A stretch of 24,963 bases of DNA from Candidatus Levyibacteriota bacterium (GTDB taxonomy: Bacteria > Patescibacteriota > Microgenomatia > Levybacterales > UBA12049). The translations under genes were made by a program, and so were the position numbers. Below the pieces are notes generated by a model, which was not told the origin of the DNA, made no database searches, and worked only from the letters and a program-made list of their open reading frames with translations. Below are positions 1 to 7,960 of this stretch, one piece after another. Every line of letters starts with the position of its first letter. The first letter of the stretch is position 1. The stretch covers positions 1 through 24,963 of the forward strand of contig CAIQLZ010000022.1 of the NCBI GenBank assembly GCA_903872785.1, written 5' to 3'.

Positions 1-194
1 GCTAAAGAGAATGACTTGTAAAACCAATAAACATCAAAGAAAAGAATAAAATAAGCAACAATATAGGGTATTAAAAATGAACCCCAAATAGGAAAAAGAA
101 TCAAAGTCCAGGATACAAATCCAGGAAGTAATTCTAATCCACGCCTCGTTTTTATCGGGTATCGCGTAAATAGTTTTTGAAAAAAATTAGTCAT
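1..194 (-). CDS. N-terminal part (runs off the window) of a membrane protein, probably a GT2-family glycosyltransferase
   Basis: Hand translation from ATG at 194: MTNFFQKLFTRYPIKTRRGLELLPGFVSWTLILFPIWGSFLIPYIVAYFILFFDVYWFYKSFSL, open to the window edge with two hydrophobic segments. The product call is recollection of similar CPR N-termini; the catalytic domain is not in the window. Confidence 0.5.
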   Translation of the reverse strand, partial: MTNFFQKLFTRYPIKTRRGLELLPGFVSWTLILFPIWGSFLIPYIVAYFILFFDVYWFYKSFSL

Positions 195-229
195 ATTCAA
201 GAGACTGGCAGTAAAAAACAAATAATAAA

Positions 230-1024
230 TTACAGGTTAAAAAGTTTTATTGTATTTTCTGTTGTTTTTGCTTCAATTTCCGCAAAAGTTATATCTTTTA
301 CTTTTGCTATAAACTTGGCTGTAATTATAGCATACTCAGGCACGTTTCTGCTACCGCGTTTCGGAACGGGCGCTAAAAATGGGCTATCTGTTTCAACAAT
401 AAGCCTATCGGTTGGAGTGTATTTTGCCAAATCTTTTAGGTCCGTATCTTCTCCCGGCGCTAAACCATTATAGGTTATATTTCCGTCGAATCCCACATAA
501 AATCCTAAATCCAAAGCTTTTTTTAATAAATTCAAGCTTCCTGCAAAGCAATGAAATACTCCGGGAGAATTTAAAAGGCGGGATTTATAATTTATGAGTA
601 TATCGATTATATCTTTACCTGCCTGGCGGTTGTGAATTTGTAAGGGCAATTTAAGTTTATGGGCCAATTCAATCTGTTTAATAAATACTTCTTTTTGTAA
701 TTTAGGATTTATCACATCGTTTGATTTATAACTGAAATAATCTATGCCAACTTCACCAATTCCCACAACTTTTGGCTTTTTAGCAAGCTTTTCCAGTTCT
801 TCAAGCCAGTCTTCTTCGAGTTTATCAGCATGGTGAGGATGCATGCCGATAACTGCATATAAATTTTCGTATTTTTGGGCCAGCTCAACTGCTTTTTGAC
901 TTGAATCAATTTTGGTGCCGACATTAATAATTTTTGTTACCCCGGCTGCAAAAGCACTTTTAATAACTTCATCATAATCTTTTTCAAAAGAATGAAAATT
1001 CAAATGACAATGCGCATCGATCAT
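230..1024 (-). CDS. tatD: TatD-family metal-dependent deoxyribonuclease
   Basis: DAHCHL (HxH), GEVGIDY, IHNR, FHCF and ETDSPF motifs; 264 aa; near metG as in the common metG-tatD arrangement. Confidence 0.95.
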   Translation of the reverse strand: MIDAHCHLNFHSFEKDYDEVIKSAFAAGVTKIINVGTKIDSSQKAVELAQKYENLYAVIGMHPHHADKLEEDWLEELEKLAKKPKVVGIGEVGIDYFSYKSNDVINPKLQKEVFIKQIELAHKLKLPLQIHNRQAGKDIIDILINYKSRLLNSPGVFHCFAGSLNLLKKALDLGFYVGFDGNITYNGLAPGEDTDLKDLAKYTPTDRLIVETDSPFLAPVPKRGSRNVPEYAIITAKFIAKVKDITFAEIEAKTTENTIKLFNL

Positions 1025-1030
1025 AAATTT

Positions 1031-1039
1031 ATTATAGCA
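1031..1039 (-). promoter_or_regulatory. Extended -10 (TGCTATAAT) 6 nt before the tatD ATG; probable leaderless promoter
   Basis: Minus strand reads TGCTATAAT-AAATTT-ATG; no SD. Confidence 0.7.
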
Positions 1040-1051
1040 GTTAAAGAAATA

Positions 1052-1080
1052 TTGATTTTCTTAATAATTTTGTGTAATCT
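1052..1080 (+). promoter_or_regulatory. sigma70-type promoter for the small-ORF cluster
   Basis: TTGATT (1052-1057), 17 bp, TAATCT (1075-1080), 8 nt before ATG 1089; divergent from the tatD promoter. Confidence 0.5.
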
Positions 1081-1088
1081 GTAGCTGA

Positions 1089-1271
1089 ATGGAAAAAGAA
1101 CCCAAAATAAAAAGCCTAAAAGATATACCGAAAGCATTTATTGATGGGGATGTTGTAGATATGGATTTTAGAGAAGTAAAGGGATTTGTAAACGGTCCGA
1201 TTTGGAAGTTAAGACTTCAGGGCGAATGGGAAAAAAGAAGAGAACAAATTATTAAAAAGGGACTGCCTTAA
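1089..1271 (+). CDS. Small hypothetical protein, paralog 1 of a tandem trio (60 aa)
   Basis: Shares an MEKE start and FxxxD[VT][VI]x[MV]DFxxxKGFV motif with the next two ORFs; ends KKGLP. Confidence 0.75.
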   Translation: MEKEPKIKSLKDIPKAFIDGDVVDMDFREVKGFVNGPIWKLRLQGEWEKRREQIIKKGLP

Positions 1272-1310
1272 ATTTTACTAAAGTTTTATGTGGACTTAAA
1301 TATAGGTAAG

Positions 1311-1490
1311 ATGGAAAAAGAAGGATTATCAACGGGGATAGATAAACTAAGGGAAATATTTAAAAGTAGGGATACTGTTGATGTGGATTTTGGGGCAATG
1401 AAAGGATTTGTTAAGAATCCACGTAGAATAATGAGTCCAGAAGAGGCACAAGAAAGAATAGAAAAGCTTCGCAAATTGCGAATAAAATAA
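1311..1490 (+). CDS. Small hypothetical protein, paralog 2 (59 aa from ATG 1311; the ORF track extends it to GTG 1290)
   Basis: MEKEGLSTGIDKLREIFKSRDTVDVDFGAMKGFV...; ATG 1311 gives the same MEKE start as its neighbours. Confidence 0.75.
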   Translation: MEKEGLSTGIDKLREIFKSRDTVDVDFGAMKGFVKNPRRIMSPEEAQERIEKLRKLRIK

Positions 1491-1511
1491 TTTTAATAAA
1501 AATGAAATAAA

Positions 1512-1694
1512 ATGGAAAAAGAAACAGAAGTATTAACAAAAGCATCTAAAATTCCTAATGAATTTATAAATAAGGACGTTATTATTGTAGATTTTGTAGA
1601 TGGAAAATAATTTGTAGCGAATATTCGTGAGTCGAGATCTCGGAAAGAATCAAAAAAAAGAAGAGAAGCAGTTACTGAAAAAGGCCTGCCTTAA
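1512..1694 (+). pseudogene. Paralog 3 of the small-ORF trio, interrupted by an in-frame TAA at 1608-1610
   Basis: Hand translation MEKETEVLTKASKIPNEFINKDVIIVDFVDGK*FVANIRESRSRKESKKRREAVTEKGLP*; 61 codons like paralog 1; the stop sits where paralogs 1 and 2 have Gly of KGFV. Confidence 0.75.
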
Positions 1695-3100
1695 ATTCTT
1701 GGAAATAAAGATTTTCCTGAAGTGATTTTTGGTCCTTTAAATTGTTCTTCAATTTTTTCTGCAGTTTCGGGAAGAAATGGTTTAAGTTCGTAGGCAATAC
1801 AAACTATTCCGTCAACAGTTGATTGGAGAACTTGGGTTAATTTTTTTTGATCTTTTATTTTCCAGGGTTCTGCAGTATTTATCTGTTGATCAAGAATTCT
1901 AATTTCATTCCAAATAATTTCCAAAACCTCATTAAATTTAAAATCTTCTATTTCCTTTTTATAATTTTCAGAAAAAACAGGAATAGGCGAAGGTTTTAAA
2001 GTTACTTTTTCACACAACTTTGCAACTCTGGCAACTAAATTTCCTAATCCATTTGCCAGGTCGGCGTTGTAAGCTTGCAATAATTTTTCTTCAGAGATAT
2101 CACTGTCGTCGGTTAGATTGGTATATCTTAAAAGATAATATCTGACAGTATCTGTGCCATATTTTCCAACCCATTGACTTGGATGGATAACGTTTCCGAC
2201 TGATTTGCTGATTTTTTGCCCGTTAATATTCAGGAATCCATTAACTAAAATAGTTTTTGGAAGTGCGATGTTAGCCGACTTAAGCATTGCCGGCCATAAA
2301 AGCGCATGCCAACGAAGATTATCTTTACCAAGAATATGAACGTCTGCGGGCCAGAATTTCTCAAATAATTTCTTGTTTTCTAGAAACTCGACTCCGGTTA
2401 AATAGTTTATCAAAGCATCGAACCAAACATAGATTACTTGTTTAGGATCATTAGGAACAGGAATTCCCCAGATAAAATTACCTCGGGAAATTGGGATATC
2501 CTTAATATTTTTGGCAAACTCGAGCATTTCATTTGCCCTGTGTTTGGGGAAAATAAAATCAGGATTATTTTTAATATGCTCAATTAGAAAGTCTTTGTAT
2601 TTAGTCCATTTGAAAAAATAGTTCTGTTCCTTAATCATTTTTATTTCCAAAGTCGGATGAACAGGGCATTTTCCCTTAACCAGATCTTCTTTTGTGTAGT
2701 ATGCCTCACATCCTTCACAGTACGACCCCTGATATTCTCCGGAATATATATCCTTATTTTCTTGAACTCTCTTCCAGATTTCCTTAACAGTTTCCGTGTG
2801 ATCGGAATCGGTTGTTCTGATAAACCTGTCGTAAGAAATATTTAAGCAGTCTTGTTCTTTCTGATCCGAATCAGAAATCTTTTTAACCAATTCAGCAGGA
2901 GTTATATTTTGCAATCTGGCTGCTTTTTCCGCTTTTTGTCCGTATTCGTCAGTGCCGGTCAAGAAAAAAACATTGTCCTTGTCAAGCGTAATTCTGTAAT
3001 AACGCGCCAATACATCTGCGGCAATTTTCTGAAAAGCATGCCCCAGATGAATAGTGTCATTAACGTAATCAATGGCGGTTGTAATATAAAACTTGTTCAT
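1691..3100 (-). CDS. metG: Methionine--tRNA ligase (short form without appended C-terminal domain)
   Basis: FYITTAIDYVN, HLGH, GTDEYGQK, CEGCE...CPVH knuckle, YVWFDAL, KISKS (KMSKS-like). Confidence 0.97.
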   Translation of the reverse strand: MNKFYITTAIDYVNDTIHLGHAFQKIAADVLARYYRITLDKDNVFFLTGTDEYGQKAEKAARLQNITPAELVKKISDSDQKEQDCLNISYDRFIRTTDSDHTETVKEIWKRVQENKDIYSGEYQGSYCEGCEAYYTKEDLVKGKCPVHPTLEIKMIKEQNYFFKWTKYKDFLIEHIKNNPDFIFPKHRANEMLEFAKNIKDIPISRGNFIWGIPVPNDPKQVIYVWFDALINYLTGVEFLENKKLFEKFWPADVHILGKDNLRWHALLWPAMLKSANIALPKTILVNGFLNINGQKISKSVGNVIHPSQWVGKYGTDTVRYYLLRYTNLTDDSDISEEKLLQAYNADLANGLGNLVARVAKLCEKVTLKPSPIPVFSENYKKEIEDFKFNEVLEIIWNEIRILDQQINTAEPWKIKDQKKLTQVLQSTVDGIVCIAYELKPFLPETAEKIEEQFKGPKITSGKSLFPRI

Positions 3101-3106
3101 AGAAGC

Positions 3107-3115
3107 ATTTTAACA
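3107..3115 (-). promoter_or_regulatory. Extended -10 (TGTTAAAAT) 6 nt before the metG ATG
   Basis: Minus strand TGTTAAAAT-GCTTCT-ATG. Confidence 0.65.
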
Positions 3116-3118
3116 GAT

Positions 3119-3454
3119 TTAGACCTCTTTTTTAAAGAAAAGTTCAAGACTTATATAAAGGGCGAAGAGAAGAAGCGGAAAATAAAGATTATTTAAATGA
3201 AGCATGCGAAAGACAAGGTAAATAATTATCAATATTGCGATGAGCGCTGCTCTGCGGAGTTTACGAAGGAAATGAGATATAAAAGAAAAAAGAAAAAGGA
3301 AAAACAATAAGAAGAAGGCGTGCAAAATTGGAAATTTAAAATTATAAATTGCAAATTGCCGGTTTGGAGAAAAAGCCAGAATTAGATAAGTAAGGCCGGC
3401 TAAAGATAATAGGCTAAGGAATAATGGCCAGAATGGCCGTTTTCTTCGGTTCAT
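3119..3454 (-). CDS. Small multi-pass membrane protein, unknown function (111 aa)
   Basis: Basic N-terminus followed by about four hydrophobic segments; preceded by TGTTAAACT-6 nt-ATG (-10 at 3461-3466). Confidence 0.75.
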   Translation of the reverse strand: MNRRKRPFWPLFLSLLSLAGLTYLILAFSPNRQFAIYNFKFPILHAFFLLFFLFLFSFISHFLRKLRRAALIAILIIIYLVFRMLHLNNLYFPLLLFALYISLELFFKKEV

Positions 3455-3487
3455 ATATTAAGTTTAACACAATTTACTATATACCTC

Positions 3488-3516
3488 TTGACAAGAATTA
3501 GCAGTCATGATATATT
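3488..3516 (+). promoter_or_regulatory. sigma70 promoter of the hrcA-grpE-dnaK-dnaJ operon
   Basis: TTGACA (3488-3493), 17 bp, TATATT (3511-3516) with TGn extension. Confidence 0.85.
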
Positions 3517-3524
3517 ACTGCTAA
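3498..3524. promoter_or_regulatory. CIRCE element (HrcA operator), variant
   Basis: TTAGCAGTC-ATGATATAT-TACTGCTAA versus canonical TTAGCACTC-N9-GAGTGCTAA; overlaps the -10 directly upstream of hrcA. Confidence 0.9.
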
Positions 3525-3536
3525 ATCAAAAATTCT

Positions 3537-4265
3537 ATGAATGATTTAACGCAACGCCAGGTTGAAATTTTAAAAAGCCTTATTGAGGAATATATTGCGA
3601 CAGCAGAGCCTGTGGGTTCGGAGACTTTGGAGAAAAAGTATAATCTTAGTGCAAGTCCTGCAACCATTAGGAATGAAATGGTCAGTCTTACAAAATTAGG
3701 ATATTTGAAGAAAAATCACACTTCAGCAGGTAGAATGCCTACTCCGACAGGTATGAAGTTCTACGTAAAGCAGCTTATGAAAGAAAAAGATCTTTCCGTG
3801 ACCGAAGAAACTGCGGTTAAGGAAGGCCTTTGGGATTATCGGGAAAAAGAAGATAAATTTTTAAGGAAATTGACGAAATCCCTGGCTGATAAAACCAAAG
3901 CTTTGGCAATTGCGACAACTGCAGAAGGAAGTGTTTATTGCGCAGGGTATGCTAATATTTTGGATATGCCGGAATTTTTTGATATTGATGTAACAAGAAG
4001 TTTGCTTTCAATAATGGATGAATTTGAACCATGTCGACAATTTTTTGCGGACATAGTCTCAGAAGACGTTCAAGTACTTTTGGGAGATGAATTGGGCCCA
4101 AATATGCAAGGTCCTTACGGATTTGTTTTTACTCATTACAAAACTCCAATGCAATTAACCGGTGAAATTGGAGTTTTAGGTCCTAGTAGGCTTAATTATA
4201 CGCAAATTGTTCCGACAGTCAGATACTTTGGTGACCTAATTGAAGAAATTGCAAAAGGTTGGTAA
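3537..4265 (+). CDS. hrcA: Heat-inducible transcription repressor HrcA (short form)
   Basis: LTQRQVEIL...EYIATAEPVGS, SPATIRNEM, HTSAGRMPT, IGVLGPSRLNY; upstream CIRCE. Confidence 0.95.
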   Translation: MNDLTQRQVEILKSLIEEYIATAEPVGSETLEKKYNLSASPATIRNEMVSLTKLGYLKKNHTSAGRMPTPTGMKFYVKQLMKEKDLSVTEETAVKEGLWDYREKEDKFLRKLTKSLADKTKALAIATTAEGSVYCAGYANILDMPEFFDIDVTRSLLSIMDEFEPCRQFFADIVSEDVQVLLGDELGPNMQGPYGFVFTHYKTPMQLTGEIGVLGPSRLNYTQIVPTVRYFGDLIEEIAKGW

Positions 4266-4277
4266 ACTATTAGCAGG

Positions 4278-4790
4278 ATGGACAAAAACGATAACAAAGA
4301 TAAAAAAAATAAAAAAGAAAATAATTTAGAAGAAAAAGACAAAAACAAAGAAGAAGTAGCATCTTTAAAAGAAAAAATTTTGGAACTTGAAAGCCAGGTA
4401 AAACGGATTTTCGCAGATTATCAAAATTTGGAAAAACGGGTTGCGATTGAGAAGAAGGAATGGCTCATAAAAGCCAACAAAGATTTAATTTTGAAACTGT
4501 TGCCGGCCTTAGATTTTTTACTCTTATCAAGTAAGCATATTGAAAATGAAGGCTTGAAATTGAGTATCCAGAATTTTTTTGATATATTAAAAACAGAAGG
4601 AGTTGAGAGAGTCGAAACCGTTGGAAAAGAATTTGATCCGAATTTCATGGAAGGAATTAAAACAGTAGCCGGGGAGGAAAGTAGAGTGATTGAGGAGTTA
4701 AGATCGGGATTTAAAATGGGGGAACAAGTTTTGCGGCCGGCGCAAGTAGTAGTCGGCTCAGGCAGACAAAATAAGGAGGAATTAAATTAG
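4278..4790 (+). CDS. grpE: Nucleotide exchange factor GrpE
   Basis: [34 protein letters not shown]; operon position. Confidence 0.95.
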   Translation: MDKNDNKDKKNKKENNLEEKDKNKEEVASLKEKILELESQVKRIFADYQNLEKRVAIEKKEWLIKANKDLILKLLPALDFLLLSSKHIENEGLKLSIQNFFDILKTEGVERVETVGKEFDPNFMEGIKTVAGEESRVIEELRSGFKMGEQVLRPAQVVVGSGRQNKEELN

Positions 4791-4791
4791 T

Positions 4792-6705
4792 ATGGGAAAA
4801 ATAATTGGAATAGATTTAGGCACAACAAATTCATGCGTTGCGGTAATGGAGGGAGGAAGTCCTAAAGTTATTCATTCCGCAGAAGGACGCAACGTTATAC
4901 CGTCGGTTGTTGATCCGATAAGCCATGTCGTGGGAGATGTTGCTAAACGGCAAATTGTTCTAAAGCCTAAGAGAACAATTTTTTCCATAAAAAGATTAAT
5001 GGGTCGTAAGTTTACGGATAAATCTGTGCAGTTTGACATGAAATGGTTGCCATATACGGTTAAATCGGGCAGAGACGGAATGGCAGTCGTAGAAGTTGAA
5101 GGACGGACATTCACTCCTCAAGAAGTATCCGCTCAAATTTTACAAAAAATTAAAGTTGATGCGGAGAATTATTTGGGCGGAAAAGTTACGCAAGCAGTCA
5201 TTACGGTACCCGCATATTTTGATGATTCGCAACGTCAGGCTACAAAACAAGCCGGAGAAATTGCCGGACTGGAAGTCTTAAGAATTATAAATGAGCCAAC
5301 CGCTGCAGCTTTGGCTTACGGACTTGATAAGAAAAATGCCCATACGATTGCAATTTATGATTTGGGTGGAGGAACTTTTGATATCTCAATATTGGAATTA
5401 GGTGAGGGTGTTTATGAAGTTAAGTCTACAAATGGAGACACGCATTTAGGAGGAGATGATTTTGATCAATTAATTATTGATTACCTTGCAACAGAATTTA
5501 AGAAAGAGCAGAATGTTGATTTGAGAAAAGATTCTCAAGCTTTGCAGAGGCTTCGTGAAGCAGCGGAAAAAGCAAAAATAGAATTATCCAGTTCAACTTC
5601 AGCTGAAATAAACCAGCCGTTTATAACTCAAGGCAAAGACGGGCCCTTACATTTAACAATGACTTTAACCCGGGCAAAATTGGAACAAATAGTTGATCCG
5701 TTGGTGCAGGAAACCTTACGTCCTGTTGAACAGGCATTAAAAGATGCAGGGATAAAAGTTTCCGATATTGATGAAGTAGTTTTGGTTGGAGGAATGACCA
5801 GAATGCCGAAAGTCATAGAAACCGTTACGAAATTTTTTGGGAAAGAACCTAATAAGTCGGTTAATCCGGATGAAGTTGTTGCTGTTGGAGCTGCTATTCA
5901 GGGGGGGGTTTTGGGCGGAGAAGTGAAAGATGTCCTTCTTTTGGATGTAACTCCGTTAACATTGGGAATTGAGACATTAGGTGGAGTCTCAACCCCACTT
6001 ATTTCCAAAAATACCACAATTCCGACTTCCAAATCTCAGGTGTTTTCAACCGCCGCAGATAACCAAACCCAGGTTGAAATAAATGTTTTACAAGGGGAAC
6101 GTCCGATGGCAACGGACAATAAAAGTCTCGGACGTTTTATATTAGATGGGATTCCTCCAGCTCCCCGGGGTGTTCCTCAGGTGGAAGTAACTTTTGATAT
6201 TGACGCAAACGGAATATTAAATGTCAAGGCTAAAGATAAAGCAAGCGGAAAAGAGCAAAGCATTAAAATTACGGGTTCGACCGGATTATCCAAAGATGAA
6301 GTTGAGAAAATGACCAAAGAAGCAGAGATGCATGCTAAAGAAGATGAAGAAAAGAAAGCAAAAATTGAAACCAGAAATATGGCAGACTCTTTAATTTTTA
6401 CGGCAGAAAAAAGCCTGAAAGATGCCGGAGACAAAGTTAATGCGGAAATGAAAAAAGAAGTTGAGGATAAAGTAGCAGAGCTTAAGAAAATTTTGGATAC
6501 GGGAACGAAAGAAGATTTGGAAACAAAAACCAAAGATTTGTCTGATAGTTTGCAAAAAATAGGCCAGGCAATGTATCAGCAGCCGGGACAACAACCAGGC
6601 GCACAAGAGACAAAAAGGGCAGAAGAATCAAAGGAAGATAAATCCGACTCCGACAAAACTACTTCGGACAAAGAAGAGCCGGTTGAGGGAGAAGTGGTAA
6701 ATTAA
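4792..6705 (+). CDS. dnaK: Molecular chaperone DnaK (Hsp70)
   Basis: [69 protein letters not shown]. Confidence 0.99.
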   Translation: MGKIIGIDLGTTNSCVAVMEGGSPKVIHSAEGRNVIPSVVDPISHVVGDVAKRQIVLKPKRTIFSIKRLMGRKFTDKSVQFDMKWLPYTVKSGRDGMAVVEVEGRTFTPQEVSAQILQKIKVDAENYLGGKVTQAVITVPAYFDDSQRQATKQAGEIAGLEVLRIINEPTAAALAYGLDKKNAHTIAIYDLGGGTFDISILELGEGVYEVKSTNGDTHLGGDDFDQLIIDYLATEFKKEQNVDLRKDSQALQRLREAAEKAKIELSSSTSAEINQPFITQGKDGPLHLTMTLTRAKLEQIVDPLVQETLRPVEQALKDAGIKVSDIDEVVLVGGMTRMPKVIETVTKFFGKEPNKSVNPDEVVAVGAAIQGGVLGGEVKDVLLLDVTPLTLGIETLGGVSTPLISKNTTIPTSKSQVFSTAADNQTQVEINVLQGERPMATDNKSLGRFILDGIPPAPRGVPQVEVTFDIDANGILNVKAKDKASGKEQSIKITGSTGLSKDEVEKMTKEAEMHAKEDEEKKAKIETRNMADSLIFTAEKSLKDAGDKVNAEMKKEVEDKVAELKKILDTGTKEDLETKTKDLSDSLQKIGQAMYQQPGQQPGAQETKRAEESKEDKSDSDKTTSDKEEPVEGEVVN

Positions 6706-6773
6706 TATTTAGTATTAAATAATTAGTATTAAGTACGGGCGCGTAGGGCGCTTATTTAGTATAATAGAACATT

Positions 6774-7670
6774 ATGGCAGATACAAAAGATTATTATCAG
6801 ATACTTGGAATTACAAAATCAGCGACCAGTGATGAAATAAAAAAAGCTTACCGAAAACTTGCTTTACAATATCATCCCGATAGAAATAAGGGGAAGGATG
6901 CTGAAGCAAAATTCAAAGAAGTAACCAAGGCTTACGAAGTTTTGTCTGATCCGCAAAAAAAACAAACTTATGATCAATTCGGTCATGCGGCTTTCGAGCA
7001 GGGTGCAGGACAGGGTCCATTTGGAGGCGCAGGTGGGCCATTTGGAGGTTTTGGGCAACAGGGAGGGCCTTTTTCCTACACATACGCTACTGGTGGGGAC
7101 GGAGGAGCTGGTTTTGATTTCGGAGGATTTACAGACCCATTTGAAATATTCGAACAGTTTTTTGGTAGTGCTAATCCTTTCGGTAGGCAAAGAAGACAAT
7201 CTTATTCTCTGACAATTGATTTTCTTGAAGCAGTTCACGGAACTGCAAAAAAAGTTACTATTGAGGGGAAATCGCAGACAATAAAAATTCCGAAGGGCGT
7301 TGATGAAGGCTCCAGAATCCGCTTTGGAGATTACGATGTAGTTATTTCGGTTAATCCGGATAAAAGATTTCAAAGAGAAGGGTTTGAGATTATCGGAATC
7401 AAAGAAATCTCTTTTGCACAAGCGGCATTGGGTGGAGAAGTTCAGATTGAAACAATTGACGGAAATTTGAAATTAAGGATTCCTTCCGGAACCCAGCCGG
7501 GAACTGCAATTAGGCTTAGGGGAAGAGGAGTACCTCATCTGCACGGGTCAGGCCGCGGCGATCATTATATCCGAATAAAAATTACAGTTCCAAAGCATTT
7601 AACAGGAAAACAAAAAGAACTGCTTCATGAGTTTGAGGGAGACTCAAATAAAAAATCCACCTGGTTCTGA
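6774..7670 (+). CDS. dnaJ: DnaJ-family co-chaperone, class B-like (J-domain, G/F-rich region, C-terminal domain; no zinc finger)
   Basis: KKAYRKLALQYHPD, G/F-rich linker, GTQPGTAIRLRGRGVP; no CxxCxGxG repeats. Confidence 0.92.
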   Translation: MADTKDYYQILGITKSATSDEIKKAYRKLALQYHPDRNKGKDAEAKFKEVTKAYEVLSDPQKKQTYDQFGHAAFEQGAGQGPFGGAGGPFGGFGQQGGPFSYTYATGGDGGAGFDFGGFTDPFEIFEQFFGSANPFGRQRRQSYSLTIDFLEAVHGTAKKVTIEGKSQTIKIPKGVDEGSRIRFGDYDVVISVNPDKRFQREGFEIIGIKEISFAQAALGGEVQIETIDGNLKLRIPSGTQPGTAIRLRGRGVPHLHGSGRGDHYIRIKITVPKHLTGKQKELLHEFEGDSNKKSTWF

Positions 7671-7676
7671 CGCTAC

Positions 7677-7889
7677 ATGAATTCAGACTACATTTTATAT
7701 ATTTTGGCGGCAATGATTTTCTATGATTTTTCATTGCATATTATTGAGTTTCTCTTCGGAATTGAAAACGCAAGAAAACTAAAATATTATTGGCCGGCAT
7801 TTCATAGCAGGAAAATTTACACAATTTTTTGGACAGCATATTGGGGAGTAGCTTTTATTTTAATATTGATTTATGTTCTGTTTCATTAA
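7677..7889 (+). CDS. Small two-helix membrane protein, unknown function (70 aa)
   Basis: Two hydrophobic, aromatic-rich segments; starts 6 nt after the dnaJ stop. Confidence 0.65.
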   Translation: MNSDYILYILAAMIFYDFSLHIIEFLFGIENARKLKYYWPAFHSRKIYTIFWTAYWGVAFILILIYVLFH

Positions 7890-7908
7890 GTAAATTAGCT
7901 TCAAATTG
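7889..7908 (+). repeat. Copy 1 of 21-bp intergenic direct repeat (AGTAAATTAGCTTCAAATTG)
   Basis: One substitution and one gap versus 12254-12274. Confidence 0.75.
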
Positions 7909-7955
7909 CAATATTTGGCAATATATGGCAATATTCGGCAATATCTGGTAAGATA
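7906..7955 (+). repeat. Five tandem 10-bp units (consensus TGGCAATATN) over the fic promoter; possible operator
   Basis: TTGCAATATT TGGCAATATA TGGCAATATT CGGCAATATC TGGTAAGATA; overlaps TGGCAA-17-TAAGAT (-10 at 7949-7954, 6 nt before ATG). Confidence 0.8.
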
Positions 7956-7960
7956 ATTTT

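Noticed and set aside
1608-1610. Alternative genetic code
   Set aside because: TAA, TAG and TGA all end recognisable genes at expected lengths, and no other ORF is interrupted.
4773-4779. AAGGAGG as the dnaK Shine-Dalgarno
   Set aside because: It is 12 nt from the ATG and also encodes the grpE C-terminus; coupling to the adjacent grpE stop explains initiation equally well.
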